From Hyperthermus butylicus DSM 5456 (GTDB lineage Archaea; Thermoproteota; Thermoprotei_A; Sulfolobales; Pyrodictiaceae): a stretch of 32,000 bases of DNA. Positions within the stretch are counted from its first letter, which is position 1, and each line of letters starts with the position of its first letter. A program made the translations under genes and the position numbers. Shown here one piece after another: positions 25,612-32,000 of the stretch. Below the pieces are notes generated by a model. It worked only from the letters and a program-made list of their open reading frames with translations. It was not told where the DNA came from and searched no databases. The stretch is taken from NCBI RefSeq assembly GCF_000015145.1, contig NC_008818.1:360001-392000 (forward strand). Direction: 5' to 3'.

Positions 25612-25681
25612 AGATAAAGAAGCCCCTGTGTCTAGCCAGCGGCCGGGTAGGGAAGGAAGAGCTGAGTGGAGGCTGGCAGGC

Positions 25682-26011
25682 ATGGAGTACATATATGCTA
25701 GCCTCGTGCTCTACGCAGCTGGCAAAGAGATAAACGAGGAGAACCTAAAGAAGATCCTGGAGGCCGCAGGCATACAGGTGGACGAGGCTCGTGTTAAGGC
25801 CGTTGTTGCAGCACTAAAGAACATCAACATAGACGAGGTCATAAAGTCTGCAACAGCAATGCCCGTAGCTCCGGCTGCCGCTCCGGCCCCGGCTGCACCC
25901 GCCGCTGCTGAGGAGAAGAAAGAGGAAGAGAAGGAGGAAGAGGAGAAGAAGAAGGAAGAGGTCAGCGAGGAGCAGCTCGCAGCTGGCCTCGAGAGCCTCT
26001 TCGGCTTCTAA
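25682..26011 (+). CDS. rpl12: Ribosomal stalk protein P1 (aP1 / L12Ae)
   Basis: [31 protein letters not shown]..., an Ala/Pro hinge, an EEKKEE acidic tract and the C-terminal GLESLFGF. The track ORF start (25628) adds 18 implausible residues. Confidence 0.9.
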   Translation: MEYIYASLVLYAAGKEINEENLKKILEAAGIQVDEARVKAVVAALKNINIDEVIKSATAMPVAPAAAPAPAAPAAAEEKKEEEKEEEEKKKEEVSEEQLAAGLESLFGF

Positions 26012-26060
26012 TAGGCTCGCTACAAGCCAGCCGGTACCCGAGGAGTGTTTTTACCCCCTC

Positions 26061-26879
26061 TCAGCTGCGGAGCCTCGCATTCCTCAGTACTTCAAGCATT
26101 TTCCTCCTAACACTATCCGCTAGCTTTCCGACAAGCCTTACATAGTTCACTCCTACAGGAGCTTCATCATTCTCCTCTAGCGCTGCAAGTGTGCTGCCGT
26201 AGACTCTTCCATATTGTTCCCTAAGTTCTCTACCGCCAAGTATAGACTCAACAAACACATCTGCAATATAGCTACAAGGCTTGACAACATCCCAGTACAG
26301 GTAGCCGGCGACAGCATGAGCGAAGTCTGAGCGCTTACCAGCATAGTAGTCCATCATAGCCTTGACGCCAGCATCAATAACGTAGATTGATGCTGTGAAT
26401 ACTGGTAGCCGTGCAGCTTGCTCCTCAACACTGAGGGAGCGAAGCCTCTCCACTATCTCGCCGTCGGTACGGTGAGAGTAGTTTAGAACCCAACTCGGCA
26501 CAAGTAGTCCCGGTCCAATATCACCATACATCTTTGCTATTAGCCCCTTAATCTCCATGTTGAAGTATGTTGCCGCGCCAACCTCGGTACCACCCTCGGC
26601 CGTCATGAAGTCCTCTATATCTCTACACACCGGGTGCTGTGTAGTTCTCCTCGACCTAACCCGGGGCCTACACTTATCCTCCCAGATGAGCCACAGATGG
26701 CTAAGTCTGAGAACGCTGGTAGCATAGACGCCTGCGATATCGTCTAGCTCCCTGCTCTCTATCTGCTCAATCACACGAGAAAACATGTCCGCTGGAAGCC
26801 GGGCAACATCCTCTATGAAGCCTTGTAAAGTCCTAACATGTACTTGGCTTCCACTAGCACCGTGTGTATGGTATGACAT
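26061..26879 (-). CDS. Hypothetical protein (272 aa), mostly helical
   Basis: A long unopposed ORF. I recognise no catalytic or family motif. Confidence 0.5.
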   Translation of the reverse strand: MSYHTHGASGSQVHVRTLQGFIEDVARLPADMFSRVIEQIESRELDDIAGVYATSVLRLSHLWLIWEDKCRPRVRSRRTTQHPVCRDIEDFMTAEGGTEVGAATYFNMEIKGLIAKMYGDIGPGLLVPSWVLNYSHRTDGEIVERLRSLSVEEQAARLPVFTASIYVIDAGVKAMMDYYAGKRSDFAHAVAGYLYWDVVKPCSYIADVFVESILGGRELREQYGRVYGSTLAALEENDEAPVGVNYVRLVGKLADSVRRKMLEVLRNARLRS

Positions 26880-27033
26880 GCCTAGTGCACACCTATGCCA
26901 ACGTAGTTTAGCAAATCTTCCATCTGAATGGCGGGGTGGGTGTTCCAGAAGTATAAAGTGACGGCTAGGGGTTGCATAAAACTAGCCTTCCGCTCCGCTC
27001 AGCATAAGACACACAGGAAACCGGGGCTTAGCG

Positions 27034-28392
27034 CTACTTAAGGAACTCCTCTTCAAGTTCTCGGATGTACCTAATGCTCTCCCTCACGTCAACGAAGTAT
27101 TCTGCAGCCTTTTTCACATCCTCAGCTGTAACCTTATTACGGCCCTCACGTTCAGCTATTATCCTTGCCGGCTCCATTAACTGTACCGCGTAGCGGAGGC
27201 TCCTCTCAACACCGAGCTTTGTTAGCTCCTCTAGCGCCTCCTCGGTTAACGGTATTTCCTCCTCATCAGCCCTTATACGTAGAATCTCACGTATCTCCTC
27301 CGCCTTGTATGGCCTAGTCTTAATGATTAGCAGTCTATCGAGGAGGTCTAGCGGTATGCCATGAGGTGACTCTATGTCTGTGCCACGTATCTTCGTAACA
27401 CCACGGTTTGTTGCAAGTACGAGTATTGGTGCTAGCTCGCTCTCCATGGCCCTCGTTAGGAAGCTAAAGGCCTCTATGTCCAACATATGGGCGTCATCTA
27501 TGAATAGTACGCCGGGCACAAGCTCTGCCCTACCCTCATTAATCATCTTCTTAACTTCCTCGTCCACACGCTGCCTAACCTCGCTAGGTATCTCCCTGGT
27601 AGCTGGCATGCCGAGTAGTGTTGCAAAAGCTGTACGCTGAGCAGCATAGGCGACATCTAGGTCATGAAGGGTTAGTGTATGAACTATCTCCTTCCTCTTC
27701 CTCACCGGGCCGTCGGGTATGTCCACGCAGCGGAAGTAGGATACGTCGTAGCGCTTACTCTCCTTCTCGCATGCCCTGCCAACCTTGTATACCTCGCCTG
27801 TCTCAGCATCAATCCATATTACGTCGCCTTTACGCACTCTTAGCTGTATGAGCTGGGCTGCAACTTCCTCTCCTACTCTTAGCGTCCTACTGTCATCCCT
27901 GGTTTCGAGCGTTATCTCGGCCTCGCTGGGCACTCTTACGTACGGGTTGAATGGATGCTTTACGTACGCTATACGTATCCTCGTTACCACACCCTCATAG
28001 ACATCCTTGTGCACCTTTATCCTTACACCGATAGCCTTCCTAATAGCCTGCATTAGTACCTCAGTTTTCTTTAGCTCACTACTATAGATCTCGGAGCCAG
28101 ACATTGCAACGAACGGTGTGTCCTCGCCGAGCTCCTTGGCGATACCCACTGCTATTGCCGTCTTACCGGTACCGCTAGGGCCCACTATGAGGACCCCGCG
28201 ACCAGCCATTCTGCCCTCCTTGATCATTTGCACCACTATGCCCGCTGCTTCGCGTGCTTCAACCTGGCCAACCATACCGTCAGCAATGAACTTTGCACGA
28301 CCCTTCTCGTCGAGGCCCAGACCGCGTATATGACTGTGCGAGCCTATCCTACGCATCTCCCTAGCCGGCTTAACCTCCCTAATGACAGCCAT
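27034..28392 (-). CDS. TIP49 / RuvB-like AAA+ ATPase (Pontin/Reptin homologue)
   Basis: The N-terminus [29 protein letters not shown] is collinear with eukaryotic RuvBL1. Walker [12 protein letters not shown], Walker [10 protein letters not shown], and the inserted OB-like domain II are present. Confidence 0.9.
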   Translation of the reverse strand: MAVIREVKPAREMRRIGSHSHIRGLGLDEKGRAKFIADGMVGQVEAREAAGIVVQMIKEGRMAGRGVLIVGPSGTGKTAIAVGIAKELGEDTPFVAMSGSEIYSSELKKTEVLMQAIRKAIGVRIKVHKDVYEGVVTRIRIAYVKHPFNPYVRVPSEAEITLETRDDSRTLRVGEEVAAQLIQLRVRKGDVIWIDAETGEVYKVGRACEKESKRYDVSYFRCVDIPDGPVRKRKEIVHTLTLHDLDVAYAAQRTAFATLLGMPATREIPSEVRQRVDEEVKKMINEGRAELVPGVLFIDDAHMLDIEAFSFLTRAMESELAPILVLATNRGVTKIRGTDIESPHGIPLDLLDRLLIIKTRPYKAEEIREILRIRADEEEIPLTEEALEELTKLGVERSLRYAVQLMEPARIIAEREGRNKVTAEDVKKAAEYFVDVRESIRYIRELEEEFLK

Positions 28393-28490
28393 ACCAATAC
28401 CACCCGATATAAAGGCCGCGAAAGGGGCGCTTTACAAAAACCTTACCCTAAAGGGGCTCAGTCCGCGAAGCATCATCAGCGGCATAGAAC

Positions 28491-29204
28491 TCAGACACTG
28501 GCGGTCTCCTCACAGCCCTGCCTAGAAACATGGAGTTGTATTGAAAAGAGATAAAGATTATGCGCGGGGAAAGACGCTAATAGAATATCCTTAAGCATGA
28601 GCAGTAGTAGCGGCAAGTATATCGCCGATAGAATGATTCCATACTTAGCAATCGTCCTTATCGTGATTAGACCGCCCGCAAAGACTATTGCGTTTGGCGG
28701 CGTTAAGACGGGCAGTGTGAGCGCTATGGAGGCTGATAGCGCTACTGCGACTGATACATACATGGGCGTCGAAGTTGATAGCCCTGCTGCGATACCTATT
28801 GAGAGCGCTATTGGTACTATAGCATTCGTGGTGGCAGTGTTTGACGATACTTGTGTTAGCGTCCATGTTAGCAGGACTAAGCCATAGAGGACTGCTGCTG
28901 TGGTTGCTCCGCCGAGCCCGCTCGTAATCTCCTCTCCAAACCAAATACCTGCCTTCGACTTGAAGAGTAGGCTACCCATTACTAGACCGCCAGCGAAGAG
29001 GAACAGTGTATCCCAGTCGAGCTTTGATAGCGCATCTTTCCAGTCGAAGAAGAACTTATAGCCGTTACGCACGCTGCGTGGCACTCCGAATAGCAGAACA
29101 CCTGCCAGCACAGCTGGTATAGAGTCATCTGGCACAATCTTCTTTATAAAGCTTAGAGGCTTGATTAGCGCTGCTAAGCCACGGAGAATCCATAGCGAGA
29201 CCAC
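28491..29204 (-). CDS. C-terminal half of a DASS/SLC13-family anion:cation symporter, in frame with the upstream half
   Basis: Second SNT hairpin motif TQVSSNTATTNAIVPI. Hydrophobic throughout. The frame continues upstream without stops to the TAG at 29286-29288. Confidence 0.7.
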   Translation of the reverse strand: MVSLWILRGLAALIKPLSFIKKIVPDDSIPAVLAGVLLFGVPRSVRNGYKFFFDWKDALSKLDWDTLFLFAGGLVMGSLLFKSKAGIWFGEEITSGLGGATTAAVLYGLVLLTWTLTQVSSNTATTNAIVPIALSIGIAAGLSTSTPMYVSVAVALSASIALTLPVLTPPNAIVFAGGLITIRTIAKYGIILSAIYLPLLLLMLKDILLASFPAHNLYLFSIQLHVSRQGCEETASV

Positions 29205-29285
29205 GATAATGAATGTGAATAGGAACCATTTCTCTTCTGGCTTGAGTTTCGGCGGTACTTCGCGGCCGAACTCCTTTGCAAGCTT

Positions 29286-30149
29286 CTACTGTAACGCGCT
29301 GTCCACTACTGCTGTGCCAAATACCATCTTGAAGAAGACCACCATTATTGCAAAGAACACTATCGATATTGGAACACCGAACTCCATCCGCTCAAAGAAC
29401 GATATTGTTCCAATGTTTAGCTTTTCAAGGAATCCTACTGCTACGAGGTTTGGAGGTGTACCCACGAGCGTTGCCATACCACCAAGAGAGGCTGCAAACG
29501 CTAAACCTATTAGCGCAATTTCACGCTGGCTCTGCGATAGTATTGGGATTGATACAAGGCCTACCATGATCGGATAAATTAGAGCGGTAGCAGCAGTATT
29601 TGACATCCACCAGCTTAGAAACCACGCTACAGTACACATAGCCACATAGAGCCAAAACGCGTCGGAAACCCTCATACGCAGCGTTATTAACACTAGCCTC
29701 TTAGCAAAACCCGATGCCTCCATAGCATATGCTAGCATGAAGCCGCCCCAGAACACCCATATAATTCTATGGAAGAACGTCTGGAGAATGTCGCTTACAC
29801 CAGCCTTGGCGCTTGAAAAACCGAAGGCACCTAGAGAGACGCCAACCATTATGCCGCCAACAAGACCTGAAACAAGTGCTGCAACACCATAGGGTACAGC
29901 GCTAGTGATCCACCACACAATAATCCAGAGCATAAGGCCCAATGCCGTGTTAGGAGCCCAGGGCGCCTCTGGGTTCACTAGCTCACCTGTAACTGGGCTC
30001 CTTAGCTCCTTAGTGGGGGTGCTAGGAGTAGTATTATAAAGAGTAACGGGCCGAGTATGAGGCCTGCGAGCCTCGTATTCATTTCCGCACTCCCTATTAG
30101 ATTTTTTAGATCCATTTAGACCACAAAATCTAAAATATCTTCCCCACAA
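29286..30149 (-). CDS. N-terminal half of a DASS/SLC13-family anion:cation symporter, ending at an in-frame TAG
   Basis: First SNT motif WWMSNTAATALIYPI, with multiple TM helices. The start is uncertain: TTG at 30149, with internal Met candidates. Confidence 0.7.
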   Translation of the reverse strand: MWGRYFRFCGLNGSKKSNRECGNEYEARRPHTRPVTLYNTTPSTPTKELRSPVTGELVNPEAPWAPNTALGLMLWIIVWWITSAVPYGVAALVSGLVGGIMVGVSLGAFGFSSAKAGVSDILQTFFHRIIWVFWGGFMLAYAMEASGFAKRLVLITLRMRVSDAFWLYVAMCTVAWFLSWWMSNTAATALIYPIMVGLVSIPILSQSQREIALIGLAFAASLGGMATLVGTPPNLVAVGFLEKLNIGTISFFERMEFGVPISIVFFAIMVVFFKMVFGTAVVDSALQ

Positions 30150-30320
30150 TCTTAGGCGGAAAGAAGATGCTTAAAAGCGTTACTACCGGAACAACTATGA
30201 ATGGGTTCAGCTGCCGCTGATTTTCTCACAGCCCCCCGCCCCTGGGGGCTCAACAACAGGGGTTCTCACCATCACCCTGGAGATAGGGTGTTACAGCCAA
30301 CCTTCACTCTAGCGTCCACG

Positions 30321-31739
30321 CTAGCCACAAGGGGCTATGGGAGCTTCGTCACCGACAACACATGCAACAGTTGTCTTCGTTACTGCTGCCCTCTTATAGA
30401 GTCTTGACACTATAAACCTCCTATATATCGGGTTCTTGGAAAGCTTTATGTGTAGCTCGCTCGTAGTCATAGCATATATCTCCCAGTTTCGCAGAGCAGG
30501 ACACATGTAGCAGCCTATCCTGTAAAAGCCATAGTAGTACATGGGGTTTAAGGGGAGCCCATTCATAATGATGTACAGCTGTACGTGCGCAGCACTCCAC
30601 ATACGCAATGGCGTAACAACTAACATGTCGCCAGTGTAGGCCCTCCGTACGGGTGGCCTGGCGCTACGCCTAGGCGATTCCGCGTCACGGTCACCAACTA
30701 CTAAGAGCGTTTTGCCTTCAGCAAGCTTTACGGCCATCTCCTCTATAGACTTAACCTTGAGTATTGTACACCACCTATCACCATGACTTGGAAGCGGCGC
30801 ACCTCTCATTAGCTCCTTGTCTATACCAGCATATGCTCTTACAACCTCTATGCCCAGCTTCTCTGCAACCTCTTCGACGTAGCGTACCGAATCGGGGAAC
30901 TCCGTGCCAGTATCGCCGTATACAACTCTTACACGATCTTTTCCATACGCCTTTAGGGCTAAGAGTAGCGCTGCTGTACTATCCTTACCACCGCTCCAGG
31001 GGACTATGATTGTATCAAATTCGCCTAAGCTCCTTAGGAAGCGTATAGCTGCCCGCTCATATATCCCAATTACCTCCCTGTTAGCCTCAACGAGGCTATC
31101 CATGCTAACGCTTATTGGCTCTATGCCATCATTTATGCGTGATGCTCTCGGCTTAAACCCAGCATCGCCTATATCTAGCTCGACTACAGGGTTGGGACCA
31201 TTGTATACTATGTGTGTCCCACCGGTAGTCCTAACAACGAGGGGGTTTTCGCCAATTAGCGTCCCGGATAGTCTTGAAACGAGGCGAGAGAAACGACCAA
31301 CACCTATGAAGACTTCGTAGCTCGGTGCAGGGTCTTCAAGCTGGGGATCTATTGGTGACCCAACTGGCCCGAAGACATAAGCCCTCCTGGACTCATCCCA
31401 GGATGTCGCTACCCGGAACATTGTGCGCGCCTTTACAACCTCCATGTATAACTGCTCGAGCCTAGCATTTCGCACTCTTGCACGCGGTACAACGCGGAGC
31501 ACAACATTTGGTGGAAGCCATTCGGCGAGATGACTAGCTACCTCCCTATCCTCCCTGCCAAGGAGCACTATATAGAACTTATCCGGCTCAATTATCTCCT
31601 CAAGAGCCGCTTCCGCGGCCGCAGGACTACGAGCGCCATGGAGCGTTTTAACATCTACGCCCCAGTCCCGGTAGAACCTCTCAACCATTGCTGAAACTGC
31701 AGCAGCATCCTTGCGGCTTCTAACTACTATCGTGAACAT
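30321..31739 (-). CDS. PAPS-reductase-family PP-loop ATP pyrophosphatase with an N-terminal domain of about 230 aa and unknown function
   Basis: PP-loop IVPWSGGKDSTAALLLA, plus HGDRWCT and the C-terminal IGCYMCP typical of the PAPS_reduct family. I do not recognise the first ~230 aa. Confidence 0.75.
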   Translation of the reverse strand: MFTIVVRSRKDAAAVSAMVERFYRDWGVDVKTLHGARSPAAAEAALEEIIEPDKFYIVLLGREDREVASHLAEWLPPNVVLRVVPRARVRNARLEQLYMEVVKARTMFRVATSWDESRRAYVFGPVGSPIDPQLEDPAPSYEVFIGVGRFSRLVSRLSGTLIGENPLVVRTTGGTHIVYNGPNPVVELDIGDAGFKPRASRINDGIEPISVSMDSLVEANREVIGIYERAAIRFLRSLGEFDTIIVPWSGGKDSTAALLLALKAYGKDRVRVVYGDTGTEFPDSVRYVEEVAEKLGIEVVRAYAGIDKELMRGAPLPSHGDRWCTILKVKSIEEMAVKLAEGKTLLVVGDRDAESPRRSARPPVRRAYTGDMLVVTPLRMWSAAHVQLYIIMNGLPLNPMYYYGFYRIGCYMCPALRNWEIYAMTTSELHIKLSKNPIYRRFIVSRLYKRAAVTKTTVACVVGDEAPIAPCG

Positions 31740-31924
31740 AGCTCCTGCCCTACCCTTACACGCGCGGTAAGGATGTAGACCCGCCCCACTCTCTTAATCA
31801 TAACCTCCTGGGTGGTGTAGCTACACGCTACCGGGCAGGGCTGGGTTGATGAGGGGTTGAGTCGCCGACCCTGGGGGAATGGGGAGACCGCCCCCTGCAC
31901 AGTCTCTGACCGCGGTGTGACGCC

Positions 31925-32000
31925 TTGACCGAACTTTACCCGCTCATTGAGGGAGGCCGTGTCGTAGGCGTTATCGGCAGTGGCGGCGATGCAACAAAGA
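31925..32000 (+). CDS. Possible 5' end of a gene running off the right edge (Rossmann-like GxGxxG start); speculative
   Basis: TTG at 31925 opens (M)TELYPLIEGGRVVGVIGSGGDATK.... Only 25 codons are visible, and the frame is closed by TGA at 31907. Confidence 0.25.
   Translation, partial: MTELYPLIEGGRVVGVIGSGGDATK

Noticed and set aside
25628-25681. N-terminal extension of the ribosomal P1 ORF ([18 protein letters not shown])
   Set aside because: The P1 family starts at MEYIYA, with the ATG at 25682. The extension is not family-like and begins at a non-ATG codon.
28458-28478. Minus-strand UGAUGA-11 nt-CUGA just after the transporter stop
   Set aside because: It is only half of a C/D architecture. 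No second box pair precedes the T5 tract, so this is most likely a chance occurrence of short motifs.
29286-29288. In-frame TAG decoded as pyrrolysine
   Set aside because: No pyl genes or PYLIS-like context are visible. Pyl decoding is known from methanogens and a few bacteria, not from crenarchaeotes. Pseudogene, error, readthrough or a split gene are more parsimonious.
30273-30290. Hairpin CACCCT-GGAGAT-AGGGTG downstream of the PAPS-reductase-like gene
   Set aside because: It is a perfect but short 6-bp stem. Archaeal termination relies on oligo-T rather than hairpins, and no T tract follows, so there is no basis for a functional call.
31847-31909. Possible C/D-box sRNA (TGATGA at 31847-31852, CTGA at 31906-31909)
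   Set aside because: The boxes are 53 nt apart, against about 38-41 expected. No convincing internal D' or C' boxes sit at 12-nt guide spacing, and terminal pairing is only about 2 bp.

Overview
This 32-kb chromosomal window is densely coded at about 50-55% GC. Gene content points to a hyperthermophilic crenarchaeote, probably Desulfurococcales-like: archaeal AMP phosphorylase, a TIP49/RuvB-like ATPase, ribosomal stalk protein P1, a DRG-type GTPase, and an intron-containing tRNA. That assignment is inferred from gene content only. I call five tRNA genes, all with genomically encoded CCA, and about 35 CDS. There is no rRNA, CRISPR array, transposase or integrase.

The main structure is a molybdenum/tungsten island at 670-9366. 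It holds a MobB-like protein, a Tat-exported three-subunit Mo/W-bisPGD oxidoreductase of the Psr/Sre/Phs type, a Tfx-family regulator, and a divergent modABC.

Points worth a second look:
- A DASS transporter is split by a single in-frame TAG exactly between its two repeat halves.
- An exact 11-mer sits on both start sites of the tfx/modA divergent pair.
- A 490-bp intergenic region of about 28% GC lies upstream of the molybdoenzyme operon.
- The MobB P-loop lacks any canonical start codon.
- A tRNA-bracketed orphan HerA/DUF87 ATPase is followed by a string of tiny hydrophobic ORFs.
- tRNA-Gly(CCC) has C at position 33.
- Several enzyme homologues have eroded nucleotide-binding motifs (ThrB-like, Tmk-like).
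- Two RNA-centred gene pairs are present: ThpR with MJ1316/DUF504, and AMMECR1 with ASCH opposite an NSUN methyltransferase.

All family assignments come from motif recognition by eye. No database search was run.
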